From an uncultured Acidobacteriota bacterium (lineage in GTDB: Bacteria > Acidobacteriota > Blastocatellia > RBC074): a stretch of 64,000 bases of DNA. A model generated the notes under the pieces. The model made no database searches, was not told the DNA's origin, and worked only from the letters and a program-made list of their open reading frames with translations. The position numbers and the translations under genes are program-made. This document shows, piece after piece, positions 54,110 through 64,000 of this stretch. Location of the stretch: contig CAWEYR010000019.1 in assembly GCA_963813345.1 (NCBI GenBank), positions 41,689 to 105,688 of the forward strand. The letters are read 5' to 3'. Every line of letters begins with the position of its first letter. Within the stretch, counting starts at the first letter, position 1.

Positions 54110-56002
54110 ATGCTGTCTTTTGATGAACAGTTCGATGTCCTTGTGATCGGGGCCGGCCACGCAGGTTGCGAGGCGGCTCACGCGGCCGCACGTCTGGGTG
54201 CAAAGACAGCAATTGTGACATTGAACCTGGACCTGATCGCGCAAATGTCGTGCAACCCGGCCATAGGCGGAATTGCTAAAGGACATCTGGTCAGAGAGAT
54301 CGATGCTCTCGGCGGGCTTATGGGACGAGTCATCGATCGCACCGGGATCCAGTTCCGGATGCTCAACCGGAGCCGGGGGCCGGCGGTTCAGGCGCCGCGT
54401 GCTCAAGCGGACCGGGCGCTTTACCGGACCGAGATGAGGCGCGAGCTCGAACAGATTCCGAACCTGTTTCTGCGCCAGGGAGAGGTCACGCGAATTCTCT
54501 TTGAAGGTGATGAGACCGTAAGCGGCGTCGAGTTGATGGACGGGCGCACGATTGGTTGCCGCGCCGTGATTGTAACGACCGGGACGTTTCTGAACGGTCT
54601 GATCCACATCGGTGAGCGTCGATATTCGGCGGGGCGTTCGGGCGAGGTGGCATCGATTGCGCTCGCAGAATTCCTCAAGTCCCTTGGATTCCGCATGGCG
54701 CGACTGAAGACGGGGACGCCGCCGCGACTCGACAGCCGAACGATCGATCTGTCACGTTTCGAAGAGCAGCCAGGCGACATCAAGCCTGTGCCATTCTCCT
54801 TCTCGACGCCTCAGATCAACCGGCGTCAGATATCCTGTTATATAGGTTATACGACCGATCGCGTGCATCGTCTGATCAGGGAGAACATCGCACGCTCACC
54901 GCTCTACAGCGGTCAGATCAAGGGAGTCGGGCCTCGGTACTGTCCATCGATAGAAGACAAAGTAGTCAAATTTCCTGACAAGGAACGACACCAGCTTTTT
55001 CTCGAACCTGAAGGCTATGAGACCTACGAGACGTACCTGAACGGCTTTTCAACAAGCCTGCCGGCCGATCTTCAGCGTGATCTGGTGCGTGAGGTGCCGG
55101 GACTGGAGAACGCGCGGATGCTGCGACCCGGTTATGCGATCGAGTACGACATGATCGATCCCACGGAGCTCGACTCGTCGCTCGCGACGAAGCGGTTCAA
55201 AGGGCTCTTCAATGCGGGTCAGATAAACGGAACAACAGGGTACGAGGAGGCTGCCGCACAGGGGCTCGTTGCCGGGATAAACGCTGCGCGGTACGTTCAC
55301 GGTCAGGACAGCATAAGTCTAGTGCGCAATGAGAGTTACATAGCAATTCTGATCGACGACCTGGTCACTCAGGGAGTTGACGAGCCCTATCGTATGTTTA
55401 CCTCCAGGGCCGAACAGCGATTGAAACTGCGAATCGACAATGCCGATGGGCGGCTTTCAGAGACTGGATTCGAACTCGGACTTTTGCAGGGAGCTGATTA
55501 CGACGCATTCCTCGCGCGCCGTTCGCGTCAGGAGAGCTTGAAGCAGTTTATCAGGAACACGGTGATCACGCCGCGCACACCTGGGTACGACAGATTCTCC
55601 AATCTGAGCGGCGTCGAACTGCGGGAGCCATCGATGCTCGCGCAGCTTGCGAGGCGTCCGGAAGTGACAGCCGAGGCGGTGGCCTTCTTGTTGCCGGACG
55701 ATCTTCGCGAGAGTTGCGACGCGTCCGAATTGGTCACCGTAGTCACCGATATCAAGTATGAAGGCTATCTCGCCGCACAGGACAATCTGACCAACAGGCT
55801 TTCAAAGTCGGCAAATCGGGTGATACCTCCGACGATTGAGTATCGGCAGCTGCCCGGTCTTTCGCGCGAGATGGTTGAGCGTCTGACGCGGGTGCGTCCG
55901 TCCACGATCGGGCAGGCGATGCGCATTCCCGGGCTGACCCCTGCCGCGCTTTCACTTCTTACAATCCACGTCGACCTTCTTGCGCGGGAAACCTCGGGAT
56001 GA
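54110..56002 (+). CDS. mnmG: tRNA uridine-34 modification enzyme MnmG (GidA)
   Basis: [42 protein letters not shown]. Confidence 0.99.
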   Translation: MLSFDEQFDVLVIGAGHAGCEAAHAAARLGAKTAIVTLNLDLIAQMSCNPAIGGIAKGHLVREIDALGGLMGRVIDRTGIQFRMLNRSRGPAVQAPRAQADRALYRTEMRRELEQIPNLFLRQGEVTRILFEGDETVSGVELMDGRTIGCRAVIVTTGTFLNGLIHIGERRYSAGRSGEVASIALAEFLKSLGFRMARLKTGTPPRLDSRTIDLSRFEEQPGDIKPVPFSFSTPQINRRQISCYIGYTTDRVHRLIRENIARSPLYSGQIKGVGPRYCPSIEDKVVKFPDKERHQLFLEPEGYETYETYLNGFSTSLPADLQRDLVREVPGLENARMLRPGYAIEYDMIDPTELDSSLATKRFKGLFNAGQINGTTGYEEAAAQGLVAGINAARYVHGQDSISLVRNESYIAILIDDLVTQGVDEPYRMFTSRAEQRLKLRIDNADGRLSETGFELGLLQGADYDAFLARRSRQESLKQFIRNTVITPRTPGYDRFSNLSGVELREPSMLAQLARRPEVTAEAVAFLLPDDLRESCDASELVTVVTDIKYEGYLAAQDNLTNRLSKSANRVIPPTIEYRQLPGLSREMVERLTRVRPSTIGQAMRIPGLTPAALSLLTIHVDLLARETSG

Positions 56003-56640
56003 CGCCCCGATATCGACGATATCGGGATAATCTTCAAGCAGACGCTCGCAAGCCGCGGTTTCAGCTCACTTCGCTTCCCCTTCCGTCATCGAACGCCTGA
56101 GCAGCTATTTCAGAATAGTCCTCAAATGGAATGACCGGCTTCATCTGACGACGATAGTCGAGCCGAAGGCATTTGCAATACGGCACATCTGCGAGGCGCT
56201 CGAAGTCGAGTCGCGGATCGACCGCGATGGCGTTGAGTTGTGGGACATAGGTTCAGGTCTCGGGATTCCAGGCATCCCGATAAGCATCGTGCGTCCCGGA
56301 TTGCCGTGTGGTATTGGTAGAGTCCTCGCGTCACAAGGCGATATTTCTTGAAGAGGCGGTGCGCGAGCTCGGCCTCGTCAATGTGCGCGTAGTCAACCTG
56401 CGTTTCGATCCAGCAATGATTCCGGAGGGCGCGGTTCTCACAGCACGCGCCGTCGAAAAGATGCAGACACTCGTTGGATCATTCCTCAACACGTCCGCCA
56501 GACAGATCATTCTTCTGGGTACAGATTCCCTCTTTGATTCGATCGAATCCCCCGACTGGAAGATTTCTCGAACACTTCTCCCCGGTTCCCAATCTTCCTG
56601 CATCTTCGCCCTCCACCGAAATGTTCCACGTGGAACATGA
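55999..56640 (+). CDS. rsmG: 16S rRNA m7G527 methyltransferase RsmG (several indels)
   Basis: [20 protein letters not shown] (read manually), [16 protein letters not shown]; position mnmG-parA. Confidence 0.88.
56622..56637. promoter_or_regulatory. parS centromere site
   Basis: TGTTCCACGTGGAACA, a perfect match to the chromosomal parS consensus, in the last codons of rsmG upstream of parAB. Confidence 0.95.
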
Positions 56641-56654
56641 AGGCATCGAGTTTA

Positions 56655-56742
56655 GGTATGTTGTACCGCCTTCAGGCGGAACGTCGCCTTTAGGCGACGT
56701 CGCCTAAAGGCGACGTTCCGCCTGAAGGCGGTACAACATACC
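56655..56742. repeat. Perfect 88-bp palindrome made of REP-A units
   Basis: GGTATGTTGTACCGCCTTCAGGCGGAACGTCGCCTTTAGGCGAC followed directly by its exact reverse complement. Confidence 0.95.
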
Positions 56743-56769
56743 ACCAGTTGTGGTACACTCCGTCACTGA

Positions 56770-57561
56770 ATGGCAAGAGTAATTGCAGTCTCGAATCAGA
56801 AGGGGGGCGTAGGGAAGACGACGACTGCAATCAATCTCTCTGCAGCTCTCGCATTGGCAGGCAAACCCACTCTCCTTGTTGATCTTGACCCGCAAGCGAA
56901 CGCCACCAGCGGCTCCGGCATTCCCAGAAAATCAGTTACCAGCGGAATCTACGAAACCATCATAACCGGCCGTCCGATTGGCGAGATCATTCTCCCGACG
57001 GAAATGGACGATTTTGGTATTGCCCCGTCGGAACGCAACCTCGCAGGCGCTGAAATAGAACTCGTCAGCTTCGATAACCGTGAGTATAGGCTCAAAGCAG
57101 GTCTTGCTCCGATACTCGATCGATTCGAGTTCGTTCTCATCGATTGCCCTCCGAGTCTTGGACTGCTCAACCTGAATGCACTTGTTGCGGCCGATTCAGT
57201 CCTTGTTCCCATACAGGCCGAATATTTCGCACTCGAAGGTGTAGCCGATCTATGGGACACCGTGGCTCGCGTCCGCGAGACCGTCAACCCCGATCTACAA
57301 GTCGAAGGGTTTTTGCTTACCATGTGCGACGAACGCACGAATCTCACAAATCAGGTCGTGTCGGAACTCCGCAATTTCCTTGGCGCCCAGGTTCTTGAAA
57401 CCGTCATTCCAAGAAACATTCGACTCGCCGAGGCTCCAAGTCACGGCAAGCCGATCTTTCTTTACGATCCGAAATCCAAAGGAGCTGAGAGCTATCTGCG
57501 GCTCGCCACTGAGGTAATCGCTCATGACCACCACCCGCAAAGCACTGGGCAGAGGGCTTGA
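56770..57561 (+). CDS. parA: Chromosome partitioning ATPase ParA
   Basis: NQKGGVGKTTT, DLDPQANAT, IDCPPSLG, LAEAPSHG. Confidence 0.98.
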   Translation: MARVIAVSNQKGGVGKTTTAINLSAALALAGKPTLLVDLDPQANATSGSGIPRKSVTSGIYETIITGRPIGEIILPTEMDDFGIAPSERNLAGAEIELVSFDNREYRLKAGLAPILDRFEFVLIDCPPSLGLLNLNALVAADSVLVPIQAEYFALEGVADLWDTVARVRETVNPDLQVEGFLLTMCDERTNLTNQVVSELRNFLGAQVLETVIPRNIRLAEAPSHGKPIFLYDPKSKGAESYLRLATEVIAHDHHPQSTGQRA

Positions 57562-58435
57562 CGCCCTTTTTGGTGACACCCAGCGCAAAGTCGAATCCTC
57601 ACCGTCAGCCCCAGGCAGCGAAGATCTGCTGGACATCGATATCGATCTCATCGACCCAAACCCGGAACAGCCCCGAACAAATTTCGGCTCCGAGAAGCTG
57701 GCCGAGCTCGCGCGCTCTATCAAATCCAATGGACTCGTTCAACCCGTGCTCGTCAGAAGGACCGACCAGGGGAGATATCAACTGATAGCCGGTGAGCGCC
57801 GCTGGCGCGCAGCCCAGCTGGCAAGCCTCCCTAAGATTCAAGCCGTAGTTCGCGAGGTCCCGGATGAACGGCTCCTCGAATATGCTCTTGTCGAGAATAT
57901 TCAGCGCCAGGAGCTAAATCCGATAGAAGAAGCCCACGCATATCAACGACTTATACAGATACTGAAGCTGACCCAGGAAGAGGTCGCCGAACGCGTCGGG
58001 AAAGACCGCTCAAGTGTTGCTAACTATCTGAGATTGCTCAAGTTACCTCCAACTATCAGAAAGCTGATCGAAGACGATCAGCTGCAGATGGGGCACGCGC
58101 GCGCACTTGCGGGACTCGAATCACCGGAGCTCCAGACCAGACTCGGCCGTGACATTGCTCGCCGCCGGCTTTCGGTCCGGCAGGCTGAGGCGGCAGTCAA
58201 AAGACTTGCATCGGCGCGGGTTAATTTAGCTGGCTCGACAGCAATCTCCAACGATGCTAACATCCGGGCGGCTGAGCTCAAGTTGAAACGCTTTCTTGGC
58301 ACTCAGGTAAGAATTCGATTCGCAGGACGGAGCGGAAAGATCGAGGTCTCCTTCGAGTCGATGTCTGACCTCGATCGCATTTATTCAATCATCATCAGGA
58401 AATCAGGAGTTGCCCCCCAAGAGCGAGAGGAATAG
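57524..58435 (+). CDS. parB: Chromosome partitioning protein ParB
   Basis: LGRGLDAL, AGERRWRA, ENIQR, VANYLRLL. Confidence 0.98.
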   Translation: MTTTRKALGRGLDALFGDTQRKVESSPSAPGSEDLLDIDIDLIDPNPEQPRTNFGSEKLAELARSIKSNGLVQPVLVRRTDQGRYQLIAGERRWRAAQLASLPKIQAVVREVPDERLLEYALVENIQRQELNPIEEAHAYQRLIQILKLTQEEVAERVGKDRSSVANYLRLLKLPPTIRKLIEDDQLQMGHARALAGLESPELQTRLGRDIARRRLSVRQAEAAVKRLASARVNLAGSTAISNDANIRAAELKLKRFLGTQVRIRFAGRSGKIEVSFESMSDLDRIYSIIIRKSGVAPQEREE

Positions 58436-58442
58436 TGAGATT

Positions 58443-58575
58443 AGTGGTCAGTGGGTCAGGGGCCAGTGGTCAGTGGTCAGTGGTCAGTTGGACCAGTGGT
58501 CAGTGGTAACGGTGTTCGGAGGTCAGCTTTGCTGACCACTGACCACCTGACCACTGACCACTGACCACTTCTTCC
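58443..58575. repeat. Heptamer hairpin (GTGGTCA)n ... (TGACCAC)n without a REP core
   Basis: About 9 forward and 5 reverse units between parB and the bactofilin gene. Confidence 0.9.
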
Positions 58576-58589
58576 AGGAGCCAATTCAT

Positions 58590-59066
58590 ATGAAATTTGG
58601 TAAGAGCAATTCCATTTCCCCATCCGATCTTCGTTCGTTTCTGGGCGAGGGCACTGAGATCGTTGGCGACGTCAAGTTTACCGAGATTATGCGCATCGAT
58701 GCGCACGTATCCGGGTCAGTCAGATCCGATCAGGGAAGCCTTGTAGTCATGGAAAAGGGGCACATCAGGGCAGACGTCGAGGCAGGATCGGTCGAAGTCG
58801 GCGGCACAATCGAAGGCAAGGTCATCGCACGTTCAAGCGTAAAGATACTTGCGACAGGGCGCGTTTACGGTGATATCTACACGCCTGCGCTGATCATTGA
58901 GTATGGTGCAGTCTTCGAAGGAAAGTGCAGTATGGTGAACTCGTCAACACGTCAGCAAACGACCGAACCGGTTCCTCGAATCGAACAACCGGTTCCTCGA
59001 ATCGAACAGATGTCGACCGCCGACTGGGCGGAAGCGCCGAGCCTGAAAATCGCCGACGCGCGCTGA
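58590..59066 (+). CDS. Bactofilin (polymer-forming cytoskeletal protein)
   Basis: FLGEGTEIVGDV...GRVYGDI...GAVFEGKCSM. Confidence 0.92.
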   Translation: MKFGKSNSISPSDLRSFLGEGTEIVGDVKFTEIMRIDAHVSGSVRSDQGSLVVMEKGHIRADVEAGSVEVGGTIEGKVIARSSVKILATGRVYGDIYTPALIIEYGAVFEGKCSMVNSSTRQQTTEPVPRIEQPVPRIEQMSTADWAEAPSLKIADAR

Positions 59067-59076
59067 GCGCGAACCG

Positions 59077-60993
59077 CTAGACCTCTCGGTGGAATTTGTT
59101 CTTCAGTTCGGACTTCATGCCGAGATTGCGGATGAGGCGGTGCAAGTGGTTGGCATGAATGCCGAGAAATCGGGCAGCTTCGGTATAACTGCCGTGCGAC
59201 TGCTCAAGAGCGTCGATAATTAACCGCTTCTTCGCCTCCTTCACATCGCCGTAAAAATCCTGCGCCGCCTCTTTGGTCATGATCACAGATTCAGGCAGGT
59301 CCTCGACTCGTATCGTCTCGGTAGTGCCGAGCACGACTGCGCGTTCAATCGCATTCTCAAACTCGCGGACATTCCCGGGCCAGTGATAGCCGAGCAGGCA
59401 CGCCTGCGCTTCAGGTGCAATCGCCTTTATTCGACGGTTGCATCTCTGACCGTATTTTTCGGAAAAGTACTTGCTGAGTGGAAGAATATCTTCGCGCCGG
59501 TCGCGAAGCGGCGGAAGGTTGAGTCGCAGCACATTCAGCCGGTAATAAAGGTCTTCGCGAAAGCTGGCATCCTTGATCGCTCGCTCGAGGTTTTTGTTTG
59601 TAGCTGCAATCAACCGGATATCGGTCTTGATCGTGCGCGTGCCACCGACGCGTTCGAATTCGTGCTCTTGAAGTACTCTTAGCAGCTTGGTCTGGAGTGA
59701 GGGTGCCATCTCGCCGATCTCATCCAGGAAGACTGTTCCGCCTTCGGCCAGCTCGAGCTTTCCCTTCTTCGTCGCAATCGCACCGGTAAACGCTCCTCTC
59801 TCGTGTCCGAACAGCTCGCTTTCGAGAAGTGTCTCAGTCAGGGCAGCGCAGTTGATCGCAACAAACGGTTTGCCCGAGCGCGGACTGTTGCCGTGTATTG
59901 CGCGTGCCGCCAGCTCCTTCCCCGTTCCGCTCTCCCCGCAGATGAGCACGGTCGAACTGGTTGGAGCAACCCTCGTGATGAACTGATAGACCTCGCGCAT
60001 GCGCGGACTCTGGCCGACCATGTCGTGCTCGATTGCGATTTCCGCCTGCAACCGCCGGTTCTCGTCTTCGAGCCGCCTAACGTGACGGATGTTCTCGAGC
60101 GCTACCGCCGCAACTGCTGCGATAGCCCGCATCAGTTGTAAATGGTCTTCATCAAATTGTACGGTCGCATCTGGAGTATCGAGGTAGATCAAGCCAAGAA
60201 CCTGATCCGACACCAGAAGCGGAACGGCAAGCAGCGCGCGAATATCGTATTGGATCGGGCTTGTCACGTCGCGCAAAGAAGCGCTTTCGGTCACATCGTT
60301 GCTAAGGAGGGCAATGCCGTCCTGAAACACACGTTCCGTGACCTTGCGACTGACTCGAATCGGATCTTTCTGATTCGCAACGCGATGCCGGCTAAAGATC
60401 GAGGTGATATCTTCGGCATTCTCTTCAGCCAGCAGGATCACTCCCCGAGAAGCAGGTATGACTTCAAAGATCAGCGGCAAGAGATGTTGCTGAAACTTAT
60501 CAAGATCGCGAACCGAGTTGACGGCGAGGCTGATCTTGAGCAGCGCGTTGAGATCGCGCGTCGAACGGGAAGTCGCCGGTTTGATCACCCGGTGTTCTGA
60601 TGTCGGAAAGAGCAAAGAGTCTTTACGCAATTGCACCGTGTTTCGCGTGATCAGCCCGCCCGCGGTCAGTTGCGTTTCGTTCGAGACTGTTTCTTCGTTC
60701 TCTTCATAGAGCAGGTAGAGCAGCAACGAATCGCCTGCCCTGATCCGATCGCCGGTACGGAGTTGATGCTCCTTGATCGGGATGCCATTGACGAAGGTAC
60801 TGTTGAGCGACGCGCTGTCTACGAGCTTGAACTGCCCGTCGACTCCGAGGATCGAACAGTGATGGCGCGATACGGAAAGGTCGGCCAGGCAGATCTGATT
60901 CGCGGGGTCACGTCCGATCCGAGTCTCCCCTTCAGAGAGAACAAAGTCTGATCCTTCGGCAGGACCGGCAATCGCAATTAGTTTCGGTTTCAC
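59077..60993 (-). CDS. Sigma54-dependent activator, FHA-GAF-AAA+-Fis
   Basis: IGRD..VSRHH..NSTFVNG (FHA), [25 protein letters not shown]-terminal HTH. Confidence 0.95.
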   Translation of the reverse strand: MKPKLIAIAGPAEGSDFVLSEGETRIGRDPANQICLADLSVSRHHCSILGVDGQFKLVDSASLNSTFVNGIPIKEHQLRTGDRIRAGDSLLLYLLYEENEETVSNETQLTAGGLITRNTVQLRKDSLLFPTSEHRVIKPATSRSTRDLNALLKISLAVNSVRDLDKFQQHLLPLIFEVIPASRGVILLAEENAEDITSIFSRHRVANQKDPIRVSRKVTERVFQDGIALLSNDVTESASLRDVTSPIQYDIRALLAVPLLVSDQVLGLIYLDTPDATVQFDEDHLQLMRAIAAVAAVALENIRHVRRLEDENRRLQAEIAIEHDMVGQSPRMREVYQFITRVAPTSSTVLICGESGTGKELAARAIHGNSPRSGKPFVAINCAALTETLLESELFGHERGAFTGAIATKKGKLELAEGGTVFLDEIGEMAPSLQTKLLRVLQEHEFERVGGTRTIKTDIRLIAATNKNLERAIKDASFREDLYYRLNVLRLNLPPLRDRREDILPLSKYFSEKYGQRCNRRIKAIAPEAQACLLGYHWPGNVREFENAIERAVVLGTTETIRVEDLPESVIMTKEAAQDFYGDVKEAKKRLIIDALEQSHGSYTEAARFLGIHANHLHRLIRNLGMKSELKNKFHREV

Positions 60994-61023
60994 GTCGTCC
61001 AGGTTCTTGAAGCATTGGCCGAA

Positions 61024-61060
61024 CTAACAGAGACGTTAGGCGGACTAACAGATCTGTTAG
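61024..61060. promoter_or_regulatory. Tandem palindromic upstream activator sites (CTAAC-N6-GTTAG x2)
   Basis: CTAACAGAGACGTTAG 61024-61039 and CTAACAGATCTGTTAG 61045-61060, 21 bp apart. Confidence 0.7.
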
Positions 61061-61193
61061 CTGCAAGGGCCATCGACATGGTCCGCACCCTCAGAAGAGG
61101 GGTCCGGTTTCTCCAGCGTATCCCTAATACAAGTAATTGGTTAGGTCCCTTCAGCTCTCGTTCGGGCCGTCCGAGCGTCGGACCTTTTCGCCC

Positions 61194-61209
61194 TGGCACA
61201 AGCGTTCCT
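61194..61209 (+). promoter_or_regulatory. Putative sigma54 -24/-12 promoter
   Basis: TGGCAC-AAGCG-TTCCT versus consensus TGGCAC-N5-TTGCW (one mismatch at -12). Confidence 0.5.
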
Positions 61210-61330
61210 TATAGAGCGTTGAGAACGGAGCCGGAAGACTAAGCACCGGTCAGAGAGATCGGCGCTCCCCGGGGTGCTCCCCAGGATCTTTGACGATAGC
61301 ACAACAGATGATGAAGAAAGAGAGAACTTT

Positions 61331-63854
61331 ATGAAGTCGCCTCACAACAAGCGAAATTATCTTAATCAGATTCTGATAGCGGCGATGATTGCCGCCTTGA
61401 TATTCCCCTCATGGTTGCTGGGCTAGCTGGTCACGGCCAGCTCACCTGTAGACAGTGAAATCATTTCATCGTTTGAAATTCTAAAGAAGCACGTTCGCGG
61501 ACTCCCATTGGAGGGCAAGCTCGACGAAGCGCAGGCCGCATTCTCCAAGAGTGATTCCTGCACTGGAGCCAGGACGCTTCTCAACGCACTCAACGAGACT
61601 CGTCCGATCGCAGAGGATTTGCACAACCGGATCTGGACACTGCGACAGGATATCCTGAGCAGCACGCCCGACGGCAAAGGATGCGAAGACAGCCCGCGAA
61701 CTAATCGGGCTCCCGAGGTTCAGATCTTCGAATCAGACGAGCAACATCTGCGCGGACGGGTCTCTTTTGGTGAACCGCGGATGACTAGCGTCAAGGTTGA
61801 GAGCGAGCTTTACACAGAGATCGATATCCCAGGCGTTGATATCAAGGTCGGCCAGCCAGGAGTGCCTGGCGTGCCTGTCCTCCACAAGCTTGTCGCTGTG
61901 CCACAAGGCGCAACGGCGGTGCTGATCGCGAAAGCGGACGAAGGTCAGACGCAAACGTTCAGAATGAACCTTTACCCGATTCAGCCGGAGGCGTTGGATC
62001 GCGCGAGCGACAAGTCCGAAGCCGATCGCCTCAAGGAACCGCCCTTCACAAAAAACAAGGAAATCTATGCGCGCGACGAGGCCTACCCGGCGCGTATCGG
62101 CACCGCGAATCACCTCGGCCGGGCTCGCGACTTGCAACTTGCTCAGCTTTCAATCGCGGCGGGCCAGTACAATCCGGTTACGAAGTCGCTGACCCTGTTC
62201 TCATCTGTTGACTTCGAAGTTCGCTTCGAAGGAGGCAAGGGTGAGTTCATAAACGGCACAGCGATGGGTGTATTCGAGCCGCTCACAAGTCAGTTCATCG
62301 GTCTGGTGCTCAACGGCGAAATGGTTGCGAGGCGCGTTGGCGATCGTTTGCCTTCGCTAATCAAATGCGGCGAGGAATTTCTGATCCTGACTCATCCCGA
62401 TTTCCGCCTGGCATCGGACCGGCTGGCCGAATGGAAGAACGAAAAAGGCATTATTACCTCAGTGGTCAATGTCAACGACGGCGACGGTTCGGGACCTGAC
62501 ACTAAGGAAGAGATCGATGCATTCATCCAGGGGCGTTTCAACCGCTGCGGTCTTCGACCATCCTACCTGCTGCTTATGGGTGACGCGGAATTCATCCCGA
62601 CGTTCTACGTGAGCACATCTGGCAGCGCGACGACGGGCTCTGACTACAAATACGCGCTCCTCGACGGTGATGATGCCGATCTCATGCCGGACTTCGCCTC
62701 GGGCGAATTCCAGTCGACACGCTGTTCAGGCAAATACTGTTGTTCGCAAGATCGTCGAGTACGAATCGAATCCTCCGCATGTGATGTCGTTTTACCAGAA
62801 TGTGGGAATTGCTTCTCAATTCCAGTGCTGCCGGACGACTGGCCAGGAAGGAAGGGACCAGCGAAGTTTTATCGAGACCTCGGAGTTTGCACGGGATGCC
62901 CTGCTCATCCAGGGATACAGTGTCGACCGCATATACACTAAGACGACCGCATCCAACTACGATGGCGATCCCGTTCCACGCCGCTACTACAACGGTACGC
63001 TGCTCCCGTCGGAGTTGCGAGAGGCCAATGGATTCACGTGGGACGGCGACACCGACCAGATCATTGATGCATTCAACGCCGGCCGATTTCTCTTCCTGCA
63101 CCGCGATCATGGTTCAAAGGATGGTTGGAGTCATCCTTCGTTCAACATCATCAATGTCGTCGCTGACCTGGCCAATGGGGATCTCCTGCCGGTGGTCTTC
63201 AGTGTCAACTGCGCGAGCGGTCTGTTTGACAATGAGACCGCGAATGGTGATTACGGCACAGAGCCGGAGAATCTCTACTTTTCAGAGTTGCTGCTGAGAA
63301 AGTCAGATGGAGGCGCGGTCGGGGTGATCGGCGACACACGCGACAGCCCAACCTGGGCAAACAGCGCTCTGACGCGCGGATTCTTCGATGCCGTGTGGCC
63401 CGAGACTCTTCCCGATTTTGGAAACCAGAAATCACTCCGCCGTCTTGGCGACATTCTGAATCACGGGAAGTTCTACCTGGCAACCCAGGTTGGCGTCGAG
63501 GGCACGACCGAAGCTCCGACTCTGGGTAATCTCCAAAGCGAACTCTTCCTGTGGCACGTCATCGGGGACCCAACGCTCGAGATGTGGACCAAACGGCCGT
63601 ACCGTCTCCCCTGGGAATACGAGGTATTCATCGATCTAAAGTGGTTGAAGGTCAAGTATGCGATGAAAGGTGCAACGATCACCGCTTACCAAAAGACCAA
63701 AAGAGGAATCAACGTGGTGGGGCGCGCTGAGGTGACCAATGGCGAGGCTACTATCCCGTTGATTCGTCAGCCGATCCCCGGAGAGCCAATTCAACTCTCT
63801 GCAAGCTTCGCAAACGCAGTCAGTATCAACCTGACTGATGTGAAGCGACCGTAG
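61331..63854 (+). CDS. Peptidase C25 (gingipain-family) cysteine protease with propeptide (in-frame TAG at 61424, frameshift near 62700)
   Basis: Propeptide GQPGVPGVP..LVAVP, QYNPVTK; catalytic domain YLLLMGD, HRDHG, SVNCASG, VIGDPTL. Confidence 0.88.
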
Positions 63855-63945
63855 CGGGGATTTGGAGCGGCGGCTTCGGCCGTCGCACAAGCTGAACCGC
63901 TCGAACTCAATCCGATACGGTTTGAGATTCAAGCTTTTAGCTTAG

Positions 63946-63970
63946 CCGCCGTCGCTCGAAGGCGACGGCG
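63946..63970. repeat. GC hairpin next to a degenerate REP-B unit
   Basis: CGCCGTCGC-TCGAAG-GCGACGGCG after TTCAAGCTTTTAGCTT. Confidence 0.55.
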
Positions 63971-64000
63971 GAATGCCGATTAAGCTCACTGAGCATTCTC

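Overview
Bacterial chromosomal window spanning the replication origin. Gene content and protein style suggest Acidobacteriota, probably Blastocatellia-like (inference). It contains dnaA-oriC-dnaN, the rpmH-rnpA-yidD-yidC-jag-mnmE-mnmG-rsmG-parS-parA-parB-bactofilin cluster, atpDC followed by tolQRAB-pal-cpoB, pyk, pdxJ, xseB-ispA, fur-deoC, tRNA-Val(CAC) and many envelope, lipid and accessory genes. About 15 genes, including housekeeping ones, carry single-base indels. This is best explained as long-read consensus error, so split ORFs are merged here. No transposase, prophage or CRISPR array is visible. The most striking non-coding signal is a dense set of intergenic palindromes. Two REP-like families share one architecture (GTAYG-N5-5 bp stem-TTYA loop) with different stems. 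They nest inside heptamer-array hairpins, sit in core operons and contribute stop codons, C-terminal peptides and possibly an SD. One copy forms a perfect 88-bp palindrome beside parS. Other leads: a candidate ECF-promoter-driven anti-SD sRNA after dnaN, a radical SAM/glycolipid synthase/SDR/PAP2 operon, a Lol-like locus with a LolB-like lipoprotein, a DeoC with a probable microcompartment encapsulation peptide, a catalytically degenerate alkaline-phosphatase-family protein, and an FHA-GAF sigma54 activator with tandem UAS palindromes facing a gingipain-like protease.
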